Source of the DNA: Vulcanimicrobiota bacterium
GTDB taxonomy: Bacteria > Vulcanimicrobiota > Vulcanimicrobiia > Vulcanimicrobiales > Vulcanimicrobiaceae
DNA length: 64,000 nt
Reading direction: 5' to 3'
Assembly: GCA_963695225.1 (NCBI GenBank)
Contig: OY968762.1
Location: 960,001-1,024,000, forward strand
A program made the position numbers and the translations under genes. The notes beneath the pieces were generated by a model. The model was not told the origin of the DNA. It searched no databases and was given only the letters and a program-made list of their open reading frames with translations. Positions 9,011-20,264 of the stretch are shown piece after piece. Numbering within the stretch: position 1 is the first letter of the stretch; each line of letters opens with the position of its first letter.

Positions 9011-10249
9011 ATGGTTTTCGACCGGCACATCGGCATCGATTGCTCCGGCGTCCAAACGCCGGCATCGAGTCTCAAAGGGACGCCGCCCGAACCCTCTCCG
9101 GGGACGCCGGAACGAGCGACGAACGTTCCGTCGATCGTCGGCGTCGTCAACGGCGATCCGTTCGCCCCGAACACGTTCTCGAGCTGCAGCATGCCGCTCT
9201 TTCGCGCTTTCCAAGACAGCGGCGCGCTCTACGCCGCGGTCTCCTCGCGCCCAGGACCGTTCGTTACGCGATTGAATCAGCTCGCCGCGTTTTCTCTCGA
9301 CCGCGACCGCTGGATCTATAAGTTTTACTCGAGCGCGGCCTTCCGCGATGCGAACACTCGCACCGCGCTCGAGCGCATCCGCCGGTTCGACCCCTCGGCC
9401 TTCGATGCGGTTCTGCAACTCTCTGCGCTCTTCGATGCGACCGCCGTCCCCGGGAAACTCACCGTCTCGTATCACGATACGCACTACATCGAAAACGCGC
9501 GCCACAGTCTTCCCTCCAGGAAGGTCGCGCGTCGCGTCGCCGATGCGGTCGTCGCGCACGAGCGCGGCGTCTACGAGCGCAGCGCGATGCTCTTCACGAT
9601 GAGTCGCTGGGCCGCGGATTCGTTCATGCGGACCTACGGCCTGCCGGCTCGAAAAGTCGAGCCGGTCGGCGCGGGAAGCAATCTCCCCTTCGCCGATGCA
9701 CGCTTCACCCGCGGCGACGGACCTCCGAACATCCTCTTCGTCGGATTCGATTTCATCCGCAAGGGCGGGCCGCTGCTCTTGACCGCATTCGAACGCGTGA
9801 GGCGTGCGATCCCCGAGGCAACGTTGACGGTCGCCGGTCCCAAATCGATCGGCGTCGTGCCGCCGGGCGTTCGCTTCCTAGGACGGCTTTCGCGAACGGA
9901 GCCGGCTGCCTACGACTCCCTCCTTTCCGCCTATCGCGGTGCGACCGTGTTCGCGATGCCGTCGCTGCTCGAGCCGTTCGGATTCGTCTTCCTCGAAGCG
10001 ATGTCGCAGAAACTGCCATGCATCGGCAGCGACGCATACGCGATGCCGGAGATCATCGAGCACGGATCGACCGGATACGTGATTCCGATCGGAGACGTGC
10101 GCGCGCTCGCCGCTCGCTTGATCGAACTGCTGACGGATCCGCAGGCCGCACGGCAGATGGGCGAGCGCGGCTATGCGCGCGCGCTCGAGCGCTATACTTG
10201 GAGCGGGACTGCCGCCCGCATTACCGGGCGCATCAGCGATCTTCTCTGA
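9011..10249 (+). CDS. Glycosyltransferase family 4 (true start probably downstream)
   Basis: [41 protein letters not shown]. Confidence 0.85.
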   Translation: MVFDRHIGIDCSGVQTPASSLKGTPPEPSPGTPERATNVPSIVGVVNGDPFAPNTFSSCSMPLFRAFQDSGALYAAVSSRPGPFVTRLNQLAAFSLDRDRWIYKFYSSAAFRDANTRTALERIRRFDPSAFDAVLQLSALFDATAVPGKLTVSYHDTHYIENARHSLPSRKVARRVADAVVAHERGVYERSAMLFTMSRWAADSFMRTYGLPARKVEPVGAGSNLPFADARFTRGDGPPNILFVGFDFIRKGGPLLLTAFERVRRAIPEATLTVAGPKSIGVVPPGVRFLGRLSRTEPAAYDSLLSAYRGATVFAMPSLLEPFGFVFLEAMSQKLPCIGSDAYAMPEIIEHGSTGYVIPIGDVRALAARLIELLTDPQAARQMGERGYARALERYTWSGTAARITGRISDLL

Positions 10250-10407
10250 AGGCCGCGCGGGGCGCGACGTTCGACAAAACTCGCAGCAAATGCGTCGCTC
10301 TGCGCGCGACATATGTCGCAATCCGTCTGCGTTCGGCGAAGAGATCCCGGAATCGGCGGTTTCGCTCCGAGGTCGCGCCCCCGGTTATAGTGAAAGTTCC
10401 CCGAATT

Positions 10408-12039
10408 ATGAGCAGCGTTTTTCAAATTGCCGAATCGGCCGTCGACTACCGCAAGGTTTCCGACAGAGTCTCCGTCGAGAACTGGAACGGCCACGAAATC
10501 CTGCGCGTAGAGCCGGGCGCGCTCCAACAGTTGGCGCGCGAAGCCTTCTCCGACATCGCGTATCTCTACCGCAGCACGCACCTCGCGCAATTGCGCGCGA
10601 TCCTCGAAGATCCCGAGGCCTCACCGAACGATCGATTCGTCGCGCTCGAGCTGCTCAAGAACGCGATCGTCGCGGCCGGGCGCATCCTGCCGTCGTGCCA
10701 GGACACGGGGACCGCGATCGTCCACGGGCACAAGGGCGAGCAGGTCTGGACGGGCGTCGACGATGCCGAGTATCTCGGAGCCGGCGTGCGCGAAGCGTAC
10801 CAACAGGGGAACCTCCGTTACAGCCAGATGGTGGCGCTCACGATGTACGATGAAGCTCCGACGAGCGACAACCTGCCGGCGCAAATCGAGATCGAAGCGG
10901 TTCCCGGAAACGCCTACGAGTTGCTGTTCATCGCGAAGGGCGGCGGTTCGGCGAACAAATCGTTCCTCTACCAAGAGACGAAGGCGACGCTAACGCCTGC
11001 GAAGCTGATGCCGTTCCTCGAAGAGAAGATCAAGACGCTCGGGACCGCGGCGTGCCCGCCGTATCATCTCGCGATCGTCATCGGCGGAACGTCGGCGGAG
11101 ATGACGATGAAGACGGTCAAGCTCGCGAGCACGCACTATCTCGACGGGCTGCCGACCACGGGCGATGCGACCGGCCGCGCGTTCCGCGACGTGGAATTAG
11201 AAAAGGCCGTCCTCGCGATGACGCGGACGCTCGGCATCGGCGCGCAGTTCGGCGGCCGGTACCTGTGCCACGACGTGCGCGTCGTTCGCTTGTCGCGGCA
11301 CGGAGCGAGCTGCCCGATCGGGATCGGCGTCTCGTGCAGCGCCGACCGGCAAATCCTCGCGAAGATCGACAAGACGGGCATTTGGCTCGAACAGCTCGAG
11401 GCGGACCCGGCGCGCTTCTTGCCCGAAGTCGACGAGGCTGAACTCGCCGGGCACCCCGTCGAGATCGACCTGAACGAAGGCATGGACGCAGTGCGCGCGG
11501 CGCTCACGAAGTGTCCCGTCGGGACGCGCGTCATGATGAGCGGGACGATGATCGTCGCGCGCGACATCGTGCACTCGAAGTGGCAGCAAATGGTCGATCG
11601 CGGCGAGCCGCTTCCGGACTACGCGAAGCAATTCCCGATCTACTACGCGGGCCCCGCGAAGAAGCCCGAGGGCTATCCTTCGGGTTCGTTCGGGCCGACG
11701 ACCGCCGGCCGGATGGATTCGTATGCCGACATGCTGCAATCGCGCGGCGCGAGCCTCGTGAGCCTCGCGAAGGGCAATCGCTCGGCCGCCGTCACCGCGG
11801 CGTGCAAGAAATACGGCGGATTCTACCTCGGGACGATCGGCGGCGCGGCGGCGCAACTCGCCGCTACGGCGATCAAGCACGTCGAAGTGCTCGACTTCCC
11901 GGAACTCGGGATGGAAGCGGTGTGGCGCATCCAAGTCGAGGACTTCCCCGCCTTCATCGTCGTCGACGATAAGGGCAACGACTTCTACGCATCCCCCCCG
12001 CCGCCGACGGCGAACGGGAAGAACGTCTCGCTGCTCTAA
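10408..12039 (+). CDS. fumA: Class I (Fe-S) fumarate hydratase
   Basis: [63 protein letters not shown]. Confidence 0.93.
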   Translation: MSSVFQIAESAVDYRKVSDRVSVENWNGHEILRVEPGALQQLAREAFSDIAYLYRSTHLAQLRAILEDPEASPNDRFVALELLKNAIVAAGRILPSCQDTGTAIVHGHKGEQVWTGVDDAEYLGAGVREAYQQGNLRYSQMVALTMYDEAPTSDNLPAQIEIEAVPGNAYELLFIAKGGGSANKSFLYQETKATLTPAKLMPFLEEKIKTLGTAACPPYHLAIVIGGTSAEMTMKTVKLASTHYLDGLPTTGDATGRAFRDVELEKAVLAMTRTLGIGAQFGGRYLCHDVRVVRLSRHGASCPIGIGVSCSADRQILAKIDKTGIWLEQLEADPARFLPEVDEAELAGHPVEIDLNEGMDAVRAALTKCPVGTRVMMSGTMIVARDIVHSKWQQMVDRGEPLPDYAKQFPIYYAGPAKKPEGYPSGSFGPTTAGRMDSYADMLQSRGASLVSLAKGNRSAAVTAACKKYGGFYLGTIGGAAAQLAATAIKHVEVLDFPELGMEAVWRIQVEDFPAFIVVDDKGNDFYASPPPPTANGKNVSLL

Positions 12040-12227
12040 AGCGGCGCAGTGTCCTCGGAGAGCCGGCCGCGCTCGCGGCGGCGGGCCGGCTCTTCTCGGC
12101 TTTCGATGCGCGGGCGTTCGGCCGCGGGCATCGGCGGCGGCGGCGCGAATGGCTCCCCAGCCCATTCGTGTAAGGTACCGGGCGTCGTCGCTTCGCGGCT
12201 TCGACCGAGCCGGAAAGGGAACCGTCG

Positions 12228-13043
12228 ATGAAAAGGCTGGCGCTCGCGGCCGTGGTCCTGGTCGCATCGCACTTCGCGTGCGAGGCCCCTGCGCGCGCAG
12301 ACGCCCCCCCGGCAACGTTCTTCTCCGTCGATCGGACGTATTTGAGTTCGTCGAGCTACCTCGATCAGAACGGTCACACGCAGCCTTCGTCGTGCACGTT
12401 CGTCAAGAACTCGACGAGCGTGTATGCGGAACGTCGCATGGGCGCCCGGGATCTTTGGTTTGCCGATACGTCGTACGATGTCGATTCCTGCGGCGCGGCG
12501 AGCACGCGGGGCCTCAACGATATCGAGGCCGGCATCCAGCACGGGATCGGCCACGCGAACCCGACGCTGTGGAACGTTCGGGCATCGCTGATAGTGCCGG
12601 GTGGGTACGACGTCGGCGCGAATCCGAGCATCGGGCTCGGCCGGCCCGGCGCAACGCTGGGCCTGACCTATCTCTCCAATTTCAGAGCGGGCCGCGGCCA
12701 CTACGGCTACGTAACCGGCGGCGCAAGCGTTCGCGCGTACACGAGCTATCCGGCGCCCCAACTTTTGACGAACTTCACCGCGGGCTACCACGCGACGCCG
12801 GGCCTCCTCTTGTACGAGTCGTATTACGGCGTGACGCATCTCGGCGCCGGCGGCCAATTGCGTGACGTCGGCCTGAACCCCACGATTAGTTCGAGTTACG
12901 CTTCGTACCAGCTCAGTTCGAACGCCGTGTTCGCTCTCACCGGTTCCATCGGGCTCCATTTCGCGGTCTGGAACTTGCTCGGCGGCGAGAACTACGGTAC
13001 GGGAAACGAATACTTTGCGGGACTGTGGGTCCATCTCCGTTGA
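12228..13043 (+). CDS. Secreted / outer-membrane beta-strand-rich protein
   Basis: Signal peptide (MKRLALAAVVL...ARA); Tyr/Gly-rich alternating beta-like segments. Confidence 0.55.
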   Translation: MKRLALAAVVLVASHFACEAPARADAPPATFFSVDRTYLSSSSYLDQNGHTQPSSCTFVKNSTSVYAERRMGARDLWFADTSYDVDSCGAASTRGLNDIEAGIQHGIGHANPTLWNVRASLIVPGGYDVGANPSIGLGRPGATLGLTYLSNFRAGRGHYGYVTGGASVRAYTSYPAPQLLTNFTAGYHATPGLLLYESYYGVTHLGAGGQLRDVGLNPTISSSYASYQLSSNAVFALTGSIGLHFAVWNLLGGENYGTGNEYFAGLWVHLR

Positions 13044-13082
13044 CGAGTTCCCGCACTCTTTTTCCTCGGCTGCATCGCACGG

Positions 13083-14543
13083 ATGGGGAATGACATGACG
13101 CTTCCCGCACCAACCGCCGCACCCGGCGCCGCCGGCGGCACGAACGCCGGCACCGCACGCAAGCACGCCACGCCGGAGACCCGGGCCGCCACCGGAAAGG
13201 CCGCGCGAACGGCGTGCCCCCGTTCGAGTCACGCCGCATGGGAAGCGCCCCACGACCGGCCGCACCCCCTGGACACGCTGCAGTCCGAGACGGCCGATCG
13301 ACTTGTGGATCTCGTTCCGATCCGCTACGGGCGCATGCTGGAATCGCCGCTCTCGTTCTACCGGGGCGGCGCCGGCCTCATGGCCGCCGATCTGGCGCGC
13401 ACGCCGAACTCCGGCATCGAGGTCCAGCTCTGCGGCGACGCGCACGTTGGAAACTTCGGAATCTACGCCGCGCCGAACCGCACGCTCGTGTTCGACGTCA
13501 ACGACTTCGACGAAACGCTTCCGGGCCCGTGGGAGTGGGACGTCAAGCGGCTGGCGACGAGCTTCGAGATCGCGACGCGCGAACGCGGCTTCGCCGACGC
13601 CGAACGCGAACGCGTCGTCCTCGCGAGCGTTCAATCCTATCACCGGGCGATGGCCGAGTTCTCCCTCGAGCCGAACCTCCGGGTCTGGTATGCCCACCTC
13701 GATACCGGCGAGTTGCTCGAGCGCCTGCGAGCCGACGGGCCGAAAACGCAGGGGAGGCTCCTGGAACGGACGGTTGAAAAGGCGCGCGGGAAAGACAGCC
13801 TCTCCGCACTCGCCAAACTGACGCATCTCGTCGACGGCGAACCGCGCTTCCTGAGCGAACCGCCGTTGCTCGTCCCCGCCGCCGACGTTCACGGGATCCG
13901 CGACGATTATCGCGAGACGATTCACGATTTCCTCGAGAATTATCGCGCGAGCTTGCCGGACGACCGGCGCCACCTGCTCGCGCGCTACCATTTCGTCGAC
14001 CTCGCCCGCAAAGTCGTCGGCGTCGGCAGCGTCGGAATGCGCGTCTGGGTCGCGTTGCTCGTCGGGAGGGACAACGACGATCCGCTGTTCCTGCAGATCA
14101 AACAAGCGGATGCGTCGGCGCTGGAACCGTACGTGGGGGCGAGCGTGTATCGCAACCACGGCCAGCGCGTAGTCGAAGGGCAGCGCTTGATGCAGGCCGC
14201 CTCCGACGTCATGCTCGGCTGGTACCGGATGGCAGGCCTCGACGGCACGACCCACGATCTTTACGTCCGGCAGCTGTGGGACGGGAAAGCGTCGCTCGAC
14301 GTGACCACGCTGTCGCCGGCGGCGCTACGGACGTACGCGCAGGTCTGCGGCTGGACGCTCGCGCGAGCGCACGCGCGGTCCGGCGACAGCATCGCGATCG
14401 CCGCGTATCTCGGGCGGGGACCGGCGTTCGACCGCGCGATCGCGGCGTTCGCCTCCGCCTACGCCGATCAGAACCAACGCGATTTCGAGAGCGTCGCCGA
14501 AGCCGTCAAACTCGGACAGCTGACGGTGACGCGAGATCTCTGA
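13083..14543 (+). CDS. DUF2252 family protein
   Basis: LVPIRYGRM..SP..FYRG, QLCGDAH..NFG, VFDVNDFDET, KVVGVGSVG, LARAHARSGD. Confidence 0.85.
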   Translation: MGNDMTLPAPTAAPGAAGGTNAGTARKHATPETRAATGKAARTACPRSSHAAWEAPHDRPHPLDTLQSETADRLVDLVPIRYGRMLESPLSFYRGGAGLMAADLARTPNSGIEVQLCGDAHVGNFGIYAAPNRTLVFDVNDFDETLPGPWEWDVKRLATSFEIATRERGFADAERERVVLASVQSYHRAMAEFSLEPNLRVWYAHLDTGELLERLRADGPKTQGRLLERTVEKARGKDSLSALAKLTHLVDGEPRFLSEPPLLVPAADVHGIRDDYRETIHDFLENYRASLPDDRRHLLARYHFVDLARKVVGVGSVGMRVWVALLVGRDNDDPLFLQIKQADASALEPYVGASVYRNHGQRVVEGQRLMQAASDVMLGWYRMAGLDGTTHDLYVRQLWDGKASLDVTTLSPAALRTYAQVCGWTLARAHARSGDSIAIAAYLGRGPAFDRAIAAFASAYADQNQRDFESVAEAVKLGQLTVTRDL

Positions 14544-14554
14544 GCGCCCGCGCC

Positions 14555-14656
14555 CTATCGTCCCTTCTTCTTGGTCGCGTTGCTCGCCATTTGAAGGAGC
14601 ACGGCGGCGATCAGCGGGACGAAAAAGAACCCGAGCACGATGAAAAGTTCGTTCAA
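14555..14656 (-). CDS. 33-aa single-TM small protein
   Basis: AGGAG RBS then TTG; MNELFIVLGFFFVPLIAAVLLQMASNATKKKGR. Confidence 0.5.
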   Translation of the reverse strand: MNELFIVLGFFFVPLIAAVLLQMASNATKKKGR

Positions 14657-14726
14657 ATCGACACTCCTCTTGTGATATTGACGTAAGCTTCCCGCGCGCG
14701 CGTTCCCTGCCCCTCCGCCGGGCCGG

Positions 14727-15533
14727 CTACTCCTTCCCGGCCTCGAGGCGGGGAATCGCCAAAAGCGTCGCAATCGACGAGGTCCAGAACGACGGCAGCG
14801 AGAGGAGCATGGCGAACGGGATCGTCCAACGCCGGTTCGTGCGCGCGCCCCAGACGATGAGCGCGAGCGCGAACGGGAGGCGCAGCCACCACGGCGGCTG
14901 GTACGGAGTCCCCGACGGGACCGGCTTGTTGCCCGTCAGAACTCCGAACCAGGCGGGCCACAGATGCGGTGCGGCGGCGTACGACAGCCCGGCGATGCCG
15001 AGTGCGATCGCGAGCGCGGCGCCGAGGAAGCGCCACTCGCGCCTCACGGCAAACCAGACGAGCCCGACGCCGGGAAGGACCTTCGTGAGGAGCGGGAACG
15101 ACCAAGCGGCCGGGAAGCGCATCCCGAGCACGATCGCCGCGGCGAGAAAGATGTGGATGTTCCCCGCGACGAATTCCGGCAGCGCGAACAGCGCGAACGG
15201 CGCGAGCCAGCGCCCGCGGACCGGCCCGGCGAGCCAAATCGCCGTCGCCAGCATCGCCGCGACATAGAGAGCGGAAAAGGCCGGCCACGGGAGGCGTCCG
15301 AGCGGTGCGAAAGCCTGGGCGAACGCGGGCGAGTACAAGTACGCTCCCATCGTGCCGAAGGCCGACTGGGCGTAAGGGTCCGCGAGTTTCGTCGCCCAAT
15401 ACGCGTGCGCGTCGTAGAGCCAGGGATAGTTCTGCAGGACCCCGAGCGAAAGCCAGGCCGCCGCCACGCCGTTCGCCAGCAGCACCACGAAGACGACGTT
15501 GGCCTGCGTTGCGTCGGTCTTCGCATTCTCCAT
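14727..15533 (-). CDS. GT87/DUF2029-like membrane glycosyltransferase
   Basis: YDAHAYW, YLYSPAFAQ, GNIHI, LTKVLPGVGLVWF; polytopic. Confidence 0.7.
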   Translation of the reverse strand: MENAKTDATQANVVFVVLLANGVAAAWLSLGVLQNYPWLYDAHAYWATKLADPYAQSAFGTMGAYLYSPAFAQAFAPLGRLPWPAFSALYVAAMLATAIWLAGPVRGRWLAPFALFALPEFVAGNIHIFLAAAIVLGMRFPAAWSFPLLTKVLPGVGLVWFAVRREWRFLGAALAIALGIAGLSYAAAPHLWPAWFGVLTGNKPVPSGTPYQPPWWLRLPFALALIVWGARTNRRWTIPFAMLLSLPSFWTSSIATLLAIPRLEAGKE

Positions 15534-15619
15534 CGCAACGGGCGTTCTTGGCCACCAGCAAAGCGCCGCCTCCCGGACGCGGCCAAGGCAGTCGCCGCCG
15601 TGTGCGAAAGAGAGAAAGC

Positions 15620-16534
15620 GTGATACGACGTCTGGTCTCTCATCTGCCCGGCACGCGGAAACGGAAGGACGGCGACCGGCCCACGGCAACGCGGCAGATG
15701 CGCCACCGGCTCTTCCTCCCGACGAGCCTGCGGAACGGCCGTCCCGCGCCGCTCCTCGTCGCCCTGCACGGGTGCTTTCAATCGGCGAGCGACTTCGCGA
15801 CGGGGACGCGCTTCGACGAGATCGGCGAGGAGTACGGCGCGATCGTCGCCTATCCCGAACAGCAAAAACGCGCGAACGCTTCGGGTTGCTGGAATTGGTT
15901 CGAGAGCAAGCACCAAACCCGGCACGCCGGCGAGCCCGCGAAGATCCTCAGGCTCGTCGAGCATCTCGCGCGGAGCTATCCGGTCGATCGCGAGCGCATC
16001 TACGTCGTGGGAATCTCGGCGGGCGCCTCGATGGCGGCGATCCTCGGCGAACAGGCTCCCGACGTCTTCTCGGGCGTCGGGATCATGGCGGGCGTCGCGT
16101 TGCACGCGAGCAACAACTTCCTCGACGCGCTCGCGGCGATGGCGGGGAAGCGCCCGGAGGAAGACCCGCGCGATCCGCCGCGCCGCCGCAACGGGGCGTC
16201 GCACCCGTCTCCCGCGGCCTACGCCCGGATGCGCGTGGCGGTCTGGACCGGAACGAACGACCCGACCGTTGCTCCCTCGAACTCCACGACGCTCGCGCAG
16301 CAATTCGTCCGCCTCCTGGGGCTCGATGAAACGCAGGCGACGTCCGAGGCGAGCGAGGACCGCCGCGTGGAACTGCGCGTCTGGCGCGATGCGAGCGGAC
16401 GCGAACGCGTCGCGCTCATCACCGTCGCGGGGATGTATCACGCCTGGAGCGGCGGGAGCGCGCAGGGTTCGTACACGTACCCCCCGGGTCCCGACGCGAG
16501 CACCGCGATGTTCGAGTTCTTCAGCGGCGCTTAG
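15620..16534 (+). CDS. PHB depolymerase family esterase (LpqC-like)
   Basis: LLVALHGC.Q, YPEQ, CWNWF, GISAGA nucleophile elbow, HAWSGG. Confidence 0.85.
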   Translation: MIRRLVSHLPGTRKRKDGDRPTATRQMRHRLFLPTSLRNGRPAPLLVALHGCFQSASDFATGTRFDEIGEEYGAIVAYPEQQKRANASGCWNWFESKHQTRHAGEPAKILRLVEHLARSYPVDRERIYVVGISAGASMAAILGEQAPDVFSGVGIMAGVALHASNNFLDALAAMAGKRPEEDPRDPPRRRNGASHPSPAAYARMRVAVWTGTNDPTVAPSNSTTLAQQFVRLLGLDETQATSEASEDRRVELRVWRDASGRERVALITVAGMYHAWSGGSAQGSYTYPPGPDASTAMFEFFSGA

Positions 16535-16537
16535 ACG

Positions 16538-17422
16538 TCAGGAACGTCGCAGCGCGGTCGTGGGCAGCGCTGCGACTTCGACGCCTTCGCGCACGGCGAT
16601 CGATGCGACGATCAGGCCGCCGCCCAGGATCTGGATCGCCGAGACGTGCTCGTGCAGCACGAATGCCGCCAAGATGACCGTGGTGACGAGTTCGAGCGTA
16701 CCGATGACGGCCGCACGGCTCGAGCCGATCTCCGGCATTCCGATGCTCTGCAACAGGATCGGGATGACGGTCGAGAACACGGCGATGCCCAGCATGACCA
16801 GCCCCGATGCCGCCGCGAGCGGAGGCGGACGATCTCCCGCCACGAGCGCGTAGACGGCGAAGGCGACCGCGGCCGTCGTCACCATCGTCGCCGTCGTCGC
16901 CAGCGGCGGCATCCCGCGAAGCGCGCGGCTCGCGACGAGGATATAGACCGAATAGATCGCCGCGGTCAGCAACCCACAGGCGATGCCCTCCGGCGAGAGC
17001 GCCTCGACGGGCGCAGCGACCACGAGGAACGTCCCGAACAGCGCCATCGCCACGGTGCCCCCGCGCAGCATGGTGAGGCGATACCCCAGGAAGTGGTCGA
17101 CGATCGTCACGAGCGCCGGAAACGTGAACAGCAGCAACGAGGTCAGCGCCGCCGGGATCATGCGCAGCGTCGTGAAGTACGCGACCGTCTGCACGAACAG
17201 CAACAGCCCGAGCCCGAGGGCGACCGGCAGCTTCGCGCGAGGAACCAGCTTCGGCCGCAGCGACGCGACGATGATCCAGAGCACGAGCGCCGCGATGCCG
17301 AAGCGGGCCGCCAGCAACGTCGCAAGCGGAATGTTCAGCGAGTAGGCGAGCTTTCCGAGAATCGCAACCGAACCAAAACTGACGGCCGCAATCGCAACGA
17401 GCGCCGTACCCCGGGTGGTCAT
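16538..17422 (-). CDS. DMT/EamA family transporter
   Basis: About 10 hydrophobic segments in two EamA-like repeats. Confidence 0.85.
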   Translation of the reverse strand: MTTRGTALVAIAAVSFGSVAILGKLAYSLNIPLATLLAARFGIAALVLWIIVASLRPKLVPRAKLPVALGLGLLLFVQTVAYFTTLRMIPAALTSLLLFTFPALVTIVDHFLGYRLTMLRGGTVAMALFGTFLVVAAPVEALSPEGIACGLLTAAIYSVYILVASRALRGMPPLATTATMVTTAAVAFAVYALVAGDRPPPLAAASGLVMLGIAVFSTVIPILLQSIGMPEIGSSRAAVIGTLELVTTVILAAFVLHEHVSAIQILGGGLIVASIAVREGVEVAALPTTALRRS

Positions 17423-17503
17423 TGGCCGACTCTTCTCCCGCGGAGCGGTAATCTCCACTCATGGCCTCCGGGAGCCGAGGGCATGCCTTGCGAAACGAAC
17501 GGC

Positions 17504-19615
17504 GTGCGAGACGAACGGCGGATCGATGCGGCGGCGCTGCTCGTCGAGCTAGGCTTGACGCCGCGCCTGACGATCTATCTCGGCAGCGCGCCGGGCGCCG
17601 GGAAGACGTACCGCTTGCTGACGGATGCGCTGCGCGAAGCGCGAGCCGGGCGCCGCGTCGGCATCGGGTGGATCGAGACGAAGGGCCGGCCGGACCTCGA
17701 CGCGCTCGCGGCACCGCTGCGCCGCATTCCGCCGCGCCGCTTTGCGGCCGGAGAGACGAGCCTCGAGGACTTCGACCTCGAGGCGGCGCTCGCGAGCGAT
17801 TGCGAAACGATCGTCCTCGACGAGCTCGCACACTCGAACCCCGCCGGCGCCCCGAACGCGAAACGCTGGCAGGATGCGCTCGCGCTCCGCGAAGCGGGGA
17901 AGTCCGTCCTCGGAGCATTCAACGTGATGCACCTCGACACGGTCGCGCCCGTCGCCGAGCGCATCGTCGGGTATCCCGTCCGCGAGCTGATACCGATGAC
18001 GTTTCTGCGCCGCGCGGATCGCGTGATCGCGCTCGACATCGCGCCGTCGGTCCTCGAATCGCGGCTGCGCACGGGCCGGATCGTCCGCAGCGAGGACGTC
18101 GACCGCGCGGCGGCGGGGATCTTCGCTCCCAAGAACCTGCAGATGATGCGCGAGCTGCTGCTGCGCACGGTCGACGAACTCACGATCCCGGTCGTCGCGC
18201 CGAGCAAGGTCTCGACGGCGCTCGCGGTCGTCGCCGAAAACGCCGACCCCGTCCCCCTCCTGCGGCGGGCGGCGGCATTCGCCGAAGCGCTCGATCTCGC
18301 GCTCGAGACGACCTCGCTGGAAGGGCGCAACGACGTTGCGTTCGAGGCAGCCGCGCTCCGGGCGGAGGCAGGACGGATCGCGCCGCCGCCCGGATTGGCG
18401 CGCGGGGACCTCTCGCAGGTCCGGGCTTCGCTCTTGATCGTGCCGCGCGGCGCGCTGGCCGAACGCATTCTCGCGCACCCGCTCGACCGAGACCTGCTCG
18501 TCGCCGACCCGGCGCGCCCGCCGCTCCGCCCGGTGTACGAGAACGCCCGGAATCCCTACGGCACGGCGCTCGCCGATCGCATGCGCATCGGGTTCGGAAA
18601 GCTGACGATCTATCTCGGCGCCGCCGCCGGCAGCGGGAAAACGTACGCGATGCTCGATCGCGCGCACCAGATGCGCGAAGAGGGCGTCGATGTCGTCGCT
18701 GCGCTCGTCGAGACGCACGGCCGCGCCGAAACCGCCGAAAAGCTCGCCGGCCTCGAGACGCTCCCGCGCCTGCCGAACGGCGAGCTCGACGTCGAGGCGG
18801 TGCTGCGGCGCAAGCCCGCGGTCGCGCTGATCGACGAGCTGGCGCACACGAACCTCACCGCGGGGGCCCGCATCAAGCGTTACGACGACGTCTTCGCCGT
18901 TCTCCGCGGCGGGATCGACGTGATCACGACGCTCAACGTGCAGCACTTCGAGGGCGTCGGCGACGCGGTCGAACGCCTGACCGGAACGCGCGTCCGCGAG
19001 ACGCTCCCCGACAGCGTCCTCGAATTCGCCGACGAAGTCGTCTTCGTCGACGTCACGCCCGACGTGCTGCGCGAACGCTTGCGCGAGGGGAAGATCTATC
19101 CGAAGGAGCGCATCGACGCGGCGCTCGCGAACTTCTTCCGCACCGAGAACCTCGCCGCTCTCCGCGAATTGACGGTCCGCGAGCTCGTGCACGCGCGCTC
19201 GATTGCCAAACGCGAACAGCCGTTCGCGCGCATCGTGCTCGGCGTCTCGCCGCGCGAACGCGACGCGGCGCTGATCCGGCGCGTCGGACGCCTCGCGCAA
19301 CGGCTCGATATCGATTTCAAAATCTTCTGCGTCCTGCCGCGGGCGTCGGCTGAGTTCGACCTCGCCTTAAAGACCTTGGGCGACGCGGCGAAAGCCGTCC
19401 GCGGCTCGCTCGCCGCCGAGGCGGCGCCGAACGCACCGCTGCACATCGCCGGGAAGCTTCTCGACGGCGACGTCTTGGCCGTCGAATCGCCGCGCAAACC
19501 CAAGACGCTGTTCGGAAAGCGCTCGTTCGCCGTGCGCGCGCTCGCCGCCGGCGTGCGCGAGTTGCTCGTGCTCGTGCCGCGCGAAGCGGAGCCGCGCCCC
19601 GTCGAACAAGACTGA
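17504..19615 (+). CDS. Soluble KdpD-like sensor with two KdpD N-terminal domains and Usp-like regions; no TM or kinase domain (start could be 17483)
   Basis: TIYLGSAPGAGKTY..DELAHSN..KRWQD and TIYLGAAAGSGKTYAML..DELAHTN..KRYDD..TTLNVQHFE..ANFFRTENL. Confidence 0.82.
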   Translation: MRDERRIDAAALLVELGLTPRLTIYLGSAPGAGKTYRLLTDALREARAGRRVGIGWIETKGRPDLDALAAPLRRIPPRRFAAGETSLEDFDLEAALASDCETIVLDELAHSNPAGAPNAKRWQDALALREAGKSVLGAFNVMHLDTVAPVAERIVGYPVRELIPMTFLRRADRVIALDIAPSVLESRLRTGRIVRSEDVDRAAAGIFAPKNLQMMRELLLRTVDELTIPVVAPSKVSTALAVVAENADPVPLLRRAAAFAEALDLALETTSLEGRNDVAFEAAALRAEAGRIAPPPGLARGDLSQVRASLLIVPRGALAERILAHPLDRDLLVADPARPPLRPVYENARNPYGTALADRMRIGFGKLTIYLGAAAGSGKTYAMLDRAHQMREEGVDVVAALVETHGRAETAEKLAGLETLPRLPNGELDVEAVLRRKPAVALIDELAHTNLTAGARIKRYDDVFAVLRGGIDVITTLNVQHFEGVGDAVERLTGTRVRETLPDSVLEFADEVVFVDVTPDVLRERLREGKIYPKERIDAALANFFRTENLAALRELTVRELVHARSIAKREQPFARIVLGVSPRERDAALIRRVGRLAQRLDIDFKIFCVLPRASAEFDLALKTLGDAAKAVRGSLAAEAAPNAPLHIAGKLLDGDVLAVESPRKPKTLFGKRSFAVRALAAGVRELLVLVPREAEPRPVEQD

Positions 19616-19628
19616 CGCAGACGCGAGG

Positions 19629-20264
19629 TTAGATCAGGCCGCGGCGCAACGCGACGACGGCGGCTTGCGTCCGGTCGGCGGCGGCGAGCTTCTCGAGAAT
19701 GTCCCGGATGTGCCCCTTGACGGTGCCGAGCCCGATGTAGAGGGCGCCCGCGATCTCTGCATTGCCCTTTCCGGCGGCGATCATGCGCAGGATTTCCGTC
19801 TCGCGCTCGGTCAGCGGCGAAACGGCCTGCATCCTCCGTGCTGCTCCGAGGTGCCGCATCACGACGTGCGCGATCTTCGGATCGAAGAACGCGCCGCCGT
19901 CGGCCGCGGTGCGGACGGCGGCGACGATCAGCTCGGGTCGCGAACTCTTGAGCGAGTAGGCGTCCGCGCCCGCCGAGAGCGCGGCGAGCACTTCCTCCTC
20001 CAGATCGTGCATCGTGAGGATCGCGACGCGCGTAGCCGGCACGGCGGTGCGGACGCGGCGCGTCAACTCGATACCGTCGATGCCCGGCAGCCCGAGATCG
20101 ATGACGGCGACGCTCGGGCGCTCCTTGACGATCGCCTCGAAGCCGGCGAGGCCGTCGTCGGCCTCGGCGACCACGCGGAACCCGCCGGCCTCCAGTGCCG
20201 TGCGCAGCCCCGCCCGCGTCAGCGCGTGATCCTCGACGATGACGACGGTGCGCGGCTCGTTCAT
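19629..20264 (-). CDS. NarL/LuxR-family response regulator
   Basis: VEDH, DLGLPGIDG receiver; LTERE..GKGN.EIA..L.IG..TVK.H HTH. Confidence 0.92.
   Translation of the reverse strand: MNEPRTVVIVEDHALTRAGLRTALEAGGFRVVAEADDGLAGFEAIVKERPSVAVIDLGLPGIDGIELTRRVRTAVPATRVAILTMHDLEEEVLAALSAGADAYSLKSSRPELIVAAVRTAADGGAFFDPKIAHVVMRHLGAARRMQAVSPLTERETEILRMIAAGKGNAEIAGALYIGLGTVKGHIRDILEKLAAADRTQAAVVALRRGLI

Noticed and set aside
7626..10250. Prophage or ICE integrated at tRNA-Glu
   Set aside because: No integrase, phage gene or duplicated tRNA 3' end seen.
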